This document shows, piece after piece, positions 9,434 through 18,439 of a DNA stretch of 64,000 nucleotides. Position 1 is the stretch's first letter. Every line of letters begins with the position of its first letter. The stretch comes from an uncultured Candidatus Saccharibacteria bacterium (GTDB taxonomy: Bacteria > Patescibacteriota > Minisyncoccia > Phycocordibacterales > UBA9973). The position numbers were made by a program, and so were the translations under genes. The stretch covers positions 9,179 through 73,178 of the forward strand of contig CAZWAV010000004.1 in NCBI GenBank assembly GCA_964631935.1. Reading direction: 5' to 3'. The notes beneath the pieces are model-generated. The model was not told where the DNA came from. It did no database searches and saw only the letters and a list, made by a program, of their open reading frames with translations.

Positions 9434-9693
9434 CGTATATCAGTAAAATTTCGATCTGGCAATAAAGCTTTTAGATCATCTAAAATACCAACTTTGTGTA
9501 TAAAAATCTCGTTTTTAAGCATTGGTGAACCTTGTATATAAATATGTGTACCTTTGATTTTTATTAGTTTTGATTCTATTGGTGAAGATATATGTTTCTT
9601 GATAGTAAGGGAGATAATATCATAATACTCTTCATTCTTAAAAAGTGTTTGTTTTAGTTTACCTAGAAAATTAGCAATATGGTTGTAATCCAT
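9430..9693 (-). CDS. Small conserved-looking hypothetical protein immediately downstream of dnaN (position consistent with DciA/DUF721 or YaaA-like)
   Basis: 87-aa ORF whose start overlaps the dnaN stop. There is no motif-level identification, only positional inference. Confidence 0.4.
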   Translation of the reverse strand: MDYNHIANFLGKLKQTLFKNEEYYDIISLTIKKHISSPIESKLIKIKGTHIYIQGSPMLKNEIFIHKVGILDDLKALLPDRNFTDIR

Positions 9694-9694
9694 A

Positions 9695-10792
9695 CTATCT
9701 ATTCATTGGCATTACTAAATACATAAAAGATGAATCTCCTACAGGACGAATAATCATAGGTCTATTATTACCATTAAGCTCAAGATTAAGACTATCAACT
9801 GTTATTGATTGGAAACAGTCTAATATGTATTTATAATTAAAGTTTGCAGAAACATTTTCTCCAGATAGTGCACCGCTCATAAGTGTAGTATTTTCTCCAA
9901 TATCAACATTTTTTGCTTCTATTTCAAAAACCTTTTCACTTGGTTTTACAGTAATAGTTATTTGATTGAATTTATCAGAAAAGATATTAGAAATTTTAAG
10001 AGATGATATAAAATCTTGTTTTAAAACAACAGCCTCTGTACTAGAAGTCTTTGGTATTATTTGTTTATAGTCAGGGAAATTACCATCTACAATCCTAGAG
10101 GTTAGATAAATATCGCTTGTTTTGAATGATATTTGATTTTTTTGTAGGGTTATATTTATATCCTCATCAATAGAATCAAAAACTTTTATTATTTCTGTTG
10201 CATTTTTAAAAGGTATCAATATTCCACCAAAAGAGAGTTTTTGTTTTATTTTTACTTTTTTCTCAGCAAGACGGAAAGAGTCAGTGGACACAAAAACTAG
10301 TAGATCCTCATCTGGATATATATAAATACTTCCAATTTCTGGTTTAATCTCAGATATTGCGGCACTATAATAAACAGATTTTATACCATCAATAAACTTC
10401 TTTGATGGTATTGTGAGGTTTTCTCCTGTCACAATAGGTATTGTTGGAAAATCTTCATAAGGAGTACTTTTAAGTATAATTGTATTTGATTTCGTTTTCA
10501 CAGATAAATTATTACCCACCTGCTCAAAAGATACATTTCCGTCGCCAGATAGAACAGAAAATAGAGACGATAGAATATCTCCACGAATAGCAATAGTTCC
10601 CTCTTTTTCTATTTTAGCTGGAATGTTTACCTCTATACCAATACTTAAATTTGTTGATCTTAATTTAAGACTTTTATCTGTGGCAACCCAAAGTATAGAA
10701 CCTAGTACTGGGAGTGTTAGATTTTTTCCAGTAATTCTCTCGACTACATTGAGAGCATTTTTTATTTTTATTATTGAGCATTCTAGTTTCAT
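9695..10792 (-). CDS. dnaN: DNA polymerase III beta sliding clamp
   Basis: N-terminus MKLECSIIKIKNALNVVERI, three-domain length around 365 aa, located directly downstream of dnaA. Confidence 0.9.
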   Translation of the reverse strand: MKLECSIIKIKNALNVVERITGKNLTLPVLGSILWVATDKSLKLRSTNLSIGIEVNIPAKIEKEGTIAIRGDILSSLFSVLSGDGNVSFEQVGNNLSVKTKSNTIILKSTPYEDFPTIPIVTGENLTIPSKKFIDGIKSVYYSAAISEIKPEIGSIYIYPDEDLLVFVSTDSFRLAEKKVKIKQKLSFGGILIPFKNATEIIKVFDSIDEDINITLQKNQISFKTSDIYLTSRIVDGNFPDYKQIIPKTSSTEAVVLKQDFISSLKISNIFSDKFNQITITVKPSEKVFEIEAKNVDIGENTTLMSGALSGENVSANFNYKYILDCFQSITVDSLNLELNGNNRPMIIRPVGDSSFMYLVMPMNR

Positions 10793-11001
10793 TGTATTTG
10801 TATAACTATCTATTTATAATTTATTATTACTACTATACCTGTGGATATGTGAATTACTTTTTAATCTCTATTTTATAAGTCTATTTTTGTAAACTGAAAC
10901 TTTTTATTAATTATCGTCATGTTAAATACTTTCTGTTTTTTTATTTTTATAAAGTTTTCCACAATTCTGTTTTTCTATAAACACATCTTATCCACATACT
11001 T
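10793..11001. promoter_or_regulatory. Candidate oriC segment in the dnaA-dnaN intergenic region: AT-rich with DnaA boxes
   Basis: Perfect TTATCCACA at 10988-10996; TGTGGATAT at 10850-10858 and TTTTCCACA at 10955-10963 in a very AT-rich 209-bp spacer. Confidence 0.6.
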
Positions 11002-12354
11002 TTACTTAAACATTATTCTTATTTTTTCAATCTCTTGTAATAATGATGGGTCTGTTTTTAAATCATCTCTTATTTTTAAATGGGAGTGAATTACTGTCGT
11101 GTGGTCTCTTCCCCCCAGTTTCTGCCCTATTAATGGATAAGATATATTAAAATCTTCACGAAGTATATACATAGCAACCTGACGGGCTCTCACAATTTCT
11201 CTTCTTCGTGTTTTTTCATAAATTACTTCTTCTGAGATACCATAATGAGTGGCAATAATGTGAACAATATCTTTTATTGCTACTGTTTTTTTAGGCTTAA
11301 TGTTGTTTTTTATTAAAGTTTTAACTTCTGTTAGAGATAGTGATTTATTTTTTAGTTGAGATTGGCATATGATAGTGTTTAAACTACCCTCTAGTTCGCG
11401 TATATTCCCTTCTAGGGCTTGAGCTAGATAAGAAACAACCTCTTCATCCACAATACAGTTAGTAGATTCAAATTTAGCCTTTATTATTGCTATACGAGAC
11501 TCATAATCAGGTTCTATAATCTGTACTGTCATACCAGAAGCAAACCTTGATTGAAGCCTGTCTTCCAGCCCTTGAATAAAATTAGGGTGCTTATCAGATG
11601 AAAATATTATCTGTTTGTTGTTTTCATATAAAGTATTAAATAGATGGAATAGTTCTTCTTGTGTCTTATCTTTACCAGAGATGAATTGTATATCATCCAT
11701 AATAATCACATCATACTTTCTGTATTTTTCTTTAAATGAATTTGGGTTTTTGTTTTGAATAGAATTTATATAGTCTATAGCGAATCTTTCTAAACTCACA
11801 TAATAAACTTTTTTCTCTGGGTGCTTGGTTTTTATAATATTACCAATAGCTTGGATCATATGTGTCTTTCCTAGTCCTGTACCACCATAAACAAAAAACG
11901 GATTATAGTTTTTTCCAGGATTTGTAATAATAGCTTGAGCTACTGCATAAGCAAGCTCATTAAAAGGTCCAACAATAAAAGAATTAAAATTATATTTCGG
12001 GTTTAGATTATCGTCCTTGTTTATATATAAATCGTTTAAAGGTAATTCTTTGTTTATATTTAGGTTTTGTTTAATTACTTCTGCATCACTATTTTTAGTT
12101 GGGTGGTCATGTTTAGAGATTATATATTCTATACTTCTAACACTTTCTTCATGACTAATAAGTGTTTTTAAGATAAGTTTATGAAACTTGTTGTAAAGCC
12201 AGTCTTTTACAAACTCATTCGGTACGCCTATATATAGAGTTCCGCTATCCTCTTTTACTATTGATGTGTTTTTAAACCATGTAGTAAAATTGGCTTTCGA
12301 TATACCTAATTCTATTTCTGATAGGCAATTATTCCAGAGTTCTTTTGTATCCAT
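11002..12354 (-). CDS. dnaA: Chromosomal replication initiator DnaA
   Basis: Walker A GGTGLGKTHM and the C-terminal DnaA signature (domain IV HTH, ...DHTTVIHS...). Confidence 0.95.
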   Translation of the reverse strand: MDTKELWNNCLSEIELGISKANFTTWFKNTSIVKEDSGTLYIGVPNEFVKDWLYNKFHKLILKTLISHEESVRSIEYIISKHDHPTKNSDAEVIKQNLNINKELPLNDLYINKDDNLNPKYNFNSFIVGPFNELAYAVAQAIITNPGKNYNPFFVYGGTGLGKTHMIQAIGNIIKTKHPEKKVYYVSLERFAIDYINSIQNKNPNSFKEKYRKYDVIIMDDIQFISGKDKTQEELFHLFNTLYENNKQIIFSSDKHPNFIQGLEDRLQSRFASGMTVQIIEPDYESRIAIIKAKFESTNCIVDEEVVSYLAQALEGNIRELEGSLNTIICQSQLKNKSLSLTEVKTLIKNNIKPKKTVAIKDIVHIIATHYGISEEVIYEKTRRREIVRARQVAMYILREDFNISYPLIGQKLGGRDHTTVIHSHLKIRDDLKTDPSLLQEIEKIRIMFK

Positions 12355-12422
12355 AGTGCGTATTATACTACTTTTTAAAATGGGTCTAATAATTACATAC
12401 CTGGATTAACCTGTTAACAATG

Positions 12423-12431
12423 TGTGGATAT
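12423..12431. promoter_or_regulatory. DnaA box upstream of dnaA, in the rpmH/dnaA divergent region
   Basis: TGTGGATAT (8/9 match to the DnaA box complement). Confidence 0.4.
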
Positions 12432-12485
12432 GTTTAAAGCCCAGTCGGCATTGCATTATAGCCTATTTTAGTATATATTTCCCAT

Positions 12486-12626
12486 ATGTCTCAAACATAT
12501 CAACCAAACAGACGAAAACGAGCTAAAACTCATGGTTTTCTAGTTCGATCTAAGACACCGGGAGGTAAAAGGGTTACCCAGGCACGTCGTCGCAAAGGTA
12601 GAGCTGCCGTTTCTATAAAAAAGTAA
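12486..12626 (+). CDS. rpmH: 50S ribosomal protein L34
   Basis: Hand translation: [46 protein letters not shown]. This is the classic L34 sequence, upstream of rnpA. Confidence 0.9.
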   Translation: MSQTYQPNRRKRAKTHGFLVRSKTPGGKRVTQARRRKGRAAVSIKK

Positions 12627-12640
12627 TAGCAGAAATAACT

Positions 12641-12961
12641 ATGCTCCCAAAACGAAAGCGGGTTACCAAAGAGCTCTTCCAAGATATCATGAAAAATGGA
12701 AAGATGCTCTCTAGCCCGCTTTTTCTCTTGCGTTATAAGGCCCAAAAACAACCCCAATATGCTATAGTTGCACCAAAAAACGTTGCAAAACAAGCCGTTT
12801 TAAGGAATAAGCTTCGTCGCCAAGGATACAATGCTATAGCCCAAAACCCTAGAATACCTAGTGTTTTAGGGGTGTTTTTCTATAAAAAACAAACAAAAAT
12901 GCCTTCTTTTAAAGATATTAAAGATAATATAGATTTAATATTAAGTAAAATAAACATTTAA
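12641..12961 (+). CDS. rnpA: RNase P protein component
   Basis: Basic 106-aa protein MLPKRKRVTKELFQ... in the conserved rpmH-rnpA-yidD-yidC order. Confidence 0.8.
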   Translation: MLPKRKRVTKELFQDIMKNGKMLSSPLFLLRYKAQKQPQYAIVAPKNVAKQAVLRNKLRRQGYNAIAQNPRIPSVLGVFFYKKQTKMPSFKDIKDNIDLILSKINI

Positions 12962-12964
12962 AAT

Positions 12965-13171
12965 ATGGCTAAATTATGCATTTGGCTTATAGATTTATAT
13001 CAGAAGGCTCCATTTAGGTCTCATTCATCGTGTGTTTTTCTCCCAACCTGTTCAGAATATACAAAAGAAGCTATATATAAATATGGAGCAATCAAGGGTA
13101 TATTCTTAGGATTTATCCGAATATGTAGATGCCACCCATGGCAGAAAAATAAATACGACCAATTAAAATAA
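12965..13171 (+). CDS. yidD: Membrane protein insertion efficiency factor YidD
   Basis: LPTCSEYTKEAIYKYGAIKG...CRCHPW, the YidD cysteine pattern. Confidence 0.85.
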   Translation: MAKLCIWLIDLYQKAPFRSHSSCVFLPTCSEYTKEAIYKYGAIKGIFLGFIRICRCHPWQKNKYDQLK

Positions 13172-13177
13172 ATACAA

Positions 13178-13963
13178 TTGTTATATTTTGGGTTTATTAC
13201 CTATTTGCGCTACAATAGACCAATGCATGCACTATGGAACACATTTTTCTACGAGCCTATTTATAACGCTCTTATTTTTATTATAAACAATATCACTATT
13301 GGCGATGTTGGTTTTGGTATAGTAATACTTACTGTTACGGTAAAATTTATACTATTCCCTCTCACCAAGAAATCAATTCGAAGTCAGATTTTAATGAAGC
13401 GCATTGAACCTGATTTAAAGAAAATTAAAAAAGATTTTCCAGACAAACAAGAGCAAGCAAAAAAAACATTTGAATTATATAAAAAGTTCGGAGTCAATCC
13501 TTTCTCTGGTTGTTTGGTTGTGCTTCTCCAGTTGCCAGTTATATTTGCCCTTTATTATGTTTTCTATAAAGGACTAGCTCTTGAAACTGGACCACTATAT
13601 TCTTTTATAAAAAATCCTGGAATCCTTCATACGAATTTCCTCGGACTAGTAGAAGTTCACAGTAAGAGTATTGTTCTTGCTGTGCTCGCAGGTATAACAC
13701 AATTTATACAAGGCTACCTAGCTTCCCCTGTTAAACCAAAAGTTGAAGTTATTAAAGATATGACAACATCTGAACCAAAAACATTTCAAGACCAAATGTC
13801 TGATAGTATGCAGATGAATATAAAATATATACTACCGATATTTATTACATTCATTGCTTATAAAATTTCAGCCGCAGTTGCATTATATTGGATTACAAGT
13901 AATATATTTACTATTGTTCAGGAGTGGTATATTAGACGCCAAATTGCCAATAATTCTATATAA
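13178..13963 (+). CDS. yidC: Membrane insertase YidC/Oxa1 (short form)
   Basis: Multi-TM protein with the FFYxPxYNAL start typical of short YidC. The real start is probably the ATG at 13223 (MHALWNTFFYEPIYNAL). Confidence 0.85.
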   Translation: MLYFGFITYLRYNRPMHALWNTFFYEPIYNALIFIINNITIGDVGFGIVILTVTVKFILFPLTKKSIRSQILMKRIEPDLKKIKKDFPDKQEQAKKTFELYKKFGVNPFSGCLVVLLQLPVIFALYYVFYKGLALETGPLYSFIKNPGILHTNFLGLVEVHSKSIVLAVLAGITQFIQGYLASPVKPKVEVIKDMTTSEPKTFQDQMSDSMQMNIKYILPIFITFIAYKISAAVALYWITSNIFTIVQEWYIRRQIANNSI

Positions 13964-13968
13964 ACCTT

Positions 13969-14427
13969 ATGAATCAAGACCAAATCAAAAAAATCATAGA
14001 AGACATATTTACACATACAAACTGTACTATATCAAAATGTGAATTTTCTGATGACCATGGAATGCTCTGGTGTATGATTGATACCCCTGATTCTCGTTTT
14101 ATGATTGGCCGTGACGGTGAGACATTGCGATCTCTTAATCATATTGTCCGAAAGATGGTTGAAAAAAATTCTTCCGAAGAAGAAGTTTCTAAAATATTTA
14201 TTGATGTAAATGGTTACCAAAAGAAACGTTTTGATAACCTAAAAACTATTGCTCATATGATGGCTGAACGCGCTCGTTACTTTAAGAGCAATATTGAAAT
14301 TGATCCAATGCCAGCTTTTGAGCGTCGGATTGTTCATATGTTCTTGGAGGGAGCTCCTGATATAAAGACAGAATCTGAAGGGTACGGACCTAATCGTCGG
14401 GTTGTTATAAAATACTTAGTTAGCTAG
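13969..14427 (+). CDS. khpB: Jag/KhpB RNA-binding protein (KH + R3H)
   Basis: R3H region IEIDPMPAFERRIVHMFLEG...GPNRRVVIK, last gene of the rpmH-...-jag cluster. Its 3' end overlaps the convergent gene by 12 nt. Confidence 0.8.
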   Translation: MNQDQIKKIIEDIFTHTNCTISKCEFSDDHGMLWCMIDTPDSRFMIGRDGETLRSLNHIVRKMVEKNSSEEEVSKIFIDVNGYQKKRFDNLKTIAHMMAERARYFKSNIEIDPMPAFERRIVHMFLEGAPDIKTESEGYGPNRRVVIKYLVS

Positions 14428-15774
14428 ATCAAGGCTCCACAGTGTGGAGTCTTTCTTGTTGATGAAGAATAGTTGTGTCTCTGTTTTGTTTAAGAATAAA
14501 TGAGTTGCATCAACAGGACTCTCCCCTATTGAGTCCGCTAATGTACTAATTTGTCCTGTTAAAATATTTATTTTTACAAAATTATCATTGAATGATACCA
14601 ATCCTTGATACCATGAATCTGGGTATTCTCCGTTCGGGATATCTCTAGGGATCGCACAATACACTATAGTGTTGTTTGTGCTCCAAACACATTTTTCAGG
14701 TAGACTATATAAATTTAACTCTTTTACTGCATGTTTTTTAACATCAAGTATTCCGAGTTTTGGATTTCCTGTAACTGTTGAACTATATATAACCGATGCC
14801 CCATCTGTACTTGCTAGTGTTGTAAGCCCAGGTACCCCACCGAATATCTTAGTCAAAACCCCATTAGCGATGTTTAAGCTGAATAAGTCACCTTCAACCG
14901 ACGATGAAGCTTTTGTAGTTAGATATACATTTTGACTTGTCGGCCATTGTGATAGCCACTCAGATAGAGATGAACTAAACACTTGCGTTTTCTTTGTATC
15001 CTTAAATGATCTAGTTGTACCTATAACTCCACTGAATGTTTTTGTTAAATAGAAGAACTTTGTTTTATCTGGAGAAATACTAACGTCTAGAATATCTGAA
15101 GGAAGGAATTCCCCGTTTGTGCTTCCAAGACTAGCCAAGAAGCTTGTTATTGTTTTTCCATCTATTGAAAGGTATCTATATAAGACACTTGAAGCAGTTC
15201 CATCAAAAAATGCTTCATATATGCTCGGTATTGTTGAATTAGAAACTGTACCTATGGTTTTTGTGTCTAAATACATTTCGTCGATATGACCAGTAACGCG
15301 CTCAACATATCTTATAGCTGGCACTATTTCAAATTTAGGAGCTGGTGGCTTTTGAGGAGTGGTTTTTCCTTTTGTTGCTGGTGTTGTTTGAGTTGGAGTA
15401 ACAGCTTGGCCTGGATTTTCTCCACCTGGTAGTGCTATTAGAGTTTCAGGTAATGGTCTTGTGTCTTCAAAAAATGTAGCCCCTGAAACAGCAAAATTAG
15501 TTATTTGATGAAATTTATTTACTTGTGGGGTGCTTGGTGTATTATTATCTTGCGTAATTGGTGTGCCTGTATCTCCTGTACTATTATTTGTATTTCCACC
15601 TGTATTACTGTCTTGTTGTGTAGTCCCCCCACCTAAGAATGGTTGGTATCCAGAGTTTGTTCCAGAGTTTGTAGTTGGTGTGCTTGTCTTTGTGTTATAA
15701 AAATATAAACCAAGCATGATTGCTCCGACGAGAATGAATACAGTTATAAAAATTATTTTTGTTTTTCTTGGCAT
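14416..15774 (-). CDS. Membrane-anchored surface protein: N-terminal TM, T/N/G/Q-rich disordered linker, C-terminal globular (beta-rich?) domain
   Basis: TM IIFITVFILVGAIMLGLYFY; a low-complexity segment of about 100 aa (TSTPTTNSGTNSGYQPFLGGGTTQQDSNTGGNTNNSTGDTG...); last gene of the long minus-strand array. Confidence 0.6.
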   Translation of the reverse strand: MPRKTKIIFITVFILVGAIMLGLYFYNTKTSTPTTNSGTNSGYQPFLGGGTTQQDSNTGGNTNNSTGDTGTPITQDNNTPSTPQVNKFHQITNFAVSGATFFEDTRPLPETLIALPGGENPGQAVTPTQTTPATKGKTTPQKPPAPKFEIVPAIRYVERVTGHIDEMYLDTKTIGTVSNSTIPSIYEAFFDGTASSVLYRYLSIDGKTITSFLASLGSTNGEFLPSDILDVSISPDKTKFFYLTKTFSGVIGTTRSFKDTKKTQVFSSSLSEWLSQWPTSQNVYLTTKASSSVEGDLFSLNIANGVLTKIFGGVPGLTTLASTDGASVIYSSTVTGNPKLGILDVKKHAVKELNLYSLPEKCVWSTNNTIVYCAIPRDIPNGEYPDSWYQGLVSFNDNFVKINILTGQISTLADSIGESPVDATHLFLNKTETQLFFINKKDSTLWSLDLAN

Positions 15775-15787
15775 GAATTTATTTAAT

Positions 15788-17380
15788 CTAACCGTTTATT
15801 TTAGTGGAATTATTATTTATACCAGTTAGATTAACTTTAAAGTATTGCGCAGCTGCAAAAGCATTATCATAAGCATTCAATATTATACCACTAGCTTTCT
15901 TGTATTTATCAAATACAGCTCTACTTAACTGGAATAATCCTGAGTAACCATATGAATTAACGGTTGTTACTGATGCTTGGCTTGTACAACCACCAGCTGA
16001 CTCTATTCTGCAAACTGCTCGGAGTTCAGTAATGCCCACTCCTGTTTCAGTTGATACTTTATTTAATTCAGTATCTATAAATGATGGTATTTGAGGGCTT
16101 GTTTTCTTTTTTGCTGCTTCCATTTTTGTCGCCCAGTACTTCAAGAAGTTATTTGGTGTTAGTACGCTAGTCCCAATTGTATTTTGTGCACTGGTTGGGT
16201 TGAAATTTGTCTGCATATTTCTGTTAATGTTTGCTTTTGTGAAAGGATTATTTGTTGGCACACTGGTATAACCTTTTTTTGCTGACCATAGTATTGCTGA
16301 AGCACCAGCCACTCCTTGTTGGTGACCCAAGTATCCTATAAATGCTGAATCGCCATAACTAGAAGGAGTAATAGTTATATTTGAAGTATCAAAGCTATCG
16401 ATATTACTCATAAAATCTGGATCATCAGCACGATCACGTACTACTATGTCTGCGTCTACCTGATCAACAGTTACCCCATTCTGTCCTGTCAGAGCTGGAT
16501 TTATGGTGTTTAATATGGCAAAGGCACCAAGAGCAATAAATAACCCAAGAATGGCTGCCATAATTTTCCCTTTTGCCTCTGTCTTACCAAAAACTGATTC
16601 TTCTCCCATGTATTGAATACCGCCAATAACGATCATTATCACAGCAAGTGCTGCACATATTCCTATACCCATCTTAAATATTATATTTAGATAATCACCA
16701 AGACCTGTAGATGTTTTAACTTCAGTCAATGTACCTATTGGAGCAAGAAGTTTATATGTCTGATCTATTACAGGAGTTTGAGTTGTAGGGTCAACATTTA
16801 CTACAGGATTATCGTCATTACCATCTGGTGTTAAACTTAAAAATACTGCATTATCTAAACATAATCCATCACACTCGTAATAGATGTGACCATCAGTTTC
16901 CCCTGCTGAATTGTACAACACGTTATCACCCTGTCTTATATAGAAAAACAAGTCACAGTCATATCCAATAGCCCCAGTCAGTCCCGCTTCACACTCCTCC
17001 TCACCTAGCCTAATTCTCATTGTAAAATTGTCAGTAGGTATGTCCAGTGGCCTCCTTAGTAAATGAGAATCTTGTAATGCATCGTCACAATTAATTCCAC
17101 AAGTATCTGCCTCGAAAACCGTAAGAGTTATATCTGACTTATCTGTACAATTTTTTGTTTTGACTTTTATATTGGCAGCTGTCTTACCGTCCCTATAGAA
17201 TGTATCTTTGTTTTGCTCTCCTGCTGGGACCCATATTGCCGAGAGAACAACGCAATCATCTGCTGAAACAGTGCTTTTATTTATCTGCGCACTACCTTTA
17301 CCATTAATAACAATACCAAAAGGAACAAAAAGGTTTGTAATTATAAGTATAGAGATTATGTATAGAGATAGTTTCTTCAT
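15788..17380 (-). CDS. Secreted/membrane protein with Cys-rich N-terminal domain, a pilin-like double hydrophobic hairpin, and a C-terminal lytic transglycosylase (SLT, VirB1/CwlT-like) domain
   Basis: Signal peptide MKKLSLYIISILIITNLFVPFG. Two adjacent TM helices (GIGICAALAVIMIVIGGIQYM ... IMAAILGLFIALGAFAILNTI). SLT-like catalytic region VCRIESAGG...GYSGLFQLS (ES...GLxQ pattern). Confidence 0.55.
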   Translation of the reverse strand: MKKLSLYIISILIITNLFVPFGIVINGKGSAQINKSTVSADDCVVLSAIWVPAGEQNKDTFYRDGKTAANIKVKTKNCTDKSDITLTVFEADTCGINCDDALQDSHLLRRPLDIPTDNFTMRIRLGEEECEAGLTGAIGYDCDLFFYIRQGDNVLYNSAGETDGHIYYECDGLCLDNAVFLSLTPDGNDDNPVVNVDPTTQTPVIDQTYKLLAPIGTLTEVKTSTGLGDYLNIIFKMGIGICAALAVIMIVIGGIQYMGEESVFGKTEAKGKIMAAILGLFIALGAFAILNTINPALTGQNGVTVDQVDADIVVRDRADDPDFMSNIDSFDTSNITITPSSYGDSAFIGYLGHQQGVAGASAILWSAKKGYTSVPTNNPFTKANINRNMQTNFNPTSAQNTIGTSVLTPNNFLKYWATKMEAAKKKTSPQIPSFIDTELNKVSTETGVGITELRAVCRIESAGGCTSQASVTTVNSYGYSGLFQLSRAVFDKYKKASGIILNAYDNAFAAAQYFKVNLTGINNNSTKING

Positions 17381-17383
17381 ATA

Positions 17384-18379
17384 TTATAGATTGAGTTTTA
17401 AATCACCACTCACCTTCTGATACAGAGTACTAAGATTTTGTAATACTAAATTTATGGTTGCATATCCACCTCGAGCTGTCGGATGTACAGTCAATTGTGT
17501 TTTCTTGGACGGAGTTTGAATATCCTTTCCATTTATCTTCCAACTATACGTAAAATCATTTTCATTGCCCTTTAATGCTAAGAAGTAAGGCTCAGCAACA
17601 ATTGTTACCTCCTCCTCTGTAATAGATGCCTGATTATCTAGTGCTTGATTATAAAGAGTACCTTCTGTTGGGGATTTTTTATAGAATAAAATCTTTGGTT
17701 TTACTATTGGAACCTCTATTGTATTTGTCGCGCTGTATTGACCATCTATAGATTGAGCATTTACTGTTACCGTCTCATTGTTGTTTAACTCACTATTTTG
17801 GAATACATAAGAATCTTTATTGTACCCAGAAGCGCTCTGAACAGTATTATTCTCAGCTTTCCAAGTATACGTTATATTACCTTTTCCTTGTTTTATGATA
17901 TTTGTATTTGGAACAGCAACAACTTTTATTAAACCTTCAGCTGAAGGAAATGATTTACCGCGATAAAAAGGAGGAGTATATGAGTCTACCCCTTCCCATA
18001 TAAGTTCAACTTCTGATGGATTAATAGCAATTCTTTTGTTTATTTTATCTAAAGAGCCTGGAATATTTATTACTACGTCTAGTATTGTAATATTGTTTGG
18101 TCCTAGAGTCTTAAATGAGTAGCTTGTTTTGCCGTAACCTGAAAGGACAATATTTGATCCATTTTGCCACTGTATCATTGCTTTGTTTAGGTCTGTGGCA
18201 TAACTTGTTAGCGTTACAGTCACGTCCTGATATGGTTGTGGATTATCTGGAATTGTAGTTACAGAGATATCGCTTTCTTGAGGAGTAATTTCATTTTCAG
18301 CCATGGAGACCCTGGCTACATAAAAGATACCAAGCATAATGATCAAGCTTAACAATATTTTTACTCGAGAATTAGTCAC
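17384..18379 (-). CDS. Secreted protein with repeated Ig-like/beta-sandwich-looking segments (T4SS-associated surface protein candidate)
   Basis: Signal peptide MTNSRVKILLSLIIMLGIFYVARVSMA. Repetitive composition (about 90-aa periodicity by eye). Tightly coupled between the VirB4 and hydrolase genes. Confidence 0.6.
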   Translation of the reverse strand: MTNSRVKILLSLIIMLGIFYVARVSMAENEITPQESDISVTTIPDNPQPYQDVTVTLTSYATDLNKAMIQWQNGSNIVLSGYGKTSYSFKTLGPNNITILDVVINIPGSLDKINKRIAINPSEVELIWEGVDSYTPPFYRGKSFPSAEGLIKVVAVPNTNIIKQGKGNITYTWKAENNTVQSASGYNKDSYVFQNSELNNNETVTVNAQSIDGQYSATNTIEVPIVKPKILFYKKSPTEGTLYNQALDNQASITEEEVTIVAEPYFLALKGNENDFTYSWKINGKDIQTPSKKTQLTVHPTARGGYATINLVLQNLSTLYQKVSGDLKLNL

Positions 18380-18439
18380 GTATATATTATACGTTAATAG
18401 GGCTACCTAAACAACTTATATAAGGTTTAAATAGTGGAT

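Noticed and set aside
12530-12793. 87-aa minus-strand ORF
   Set aside because: It overlaps rpmH and rnpA, which are both confidently identified on the + strand. It is an antisense shadow ORF.
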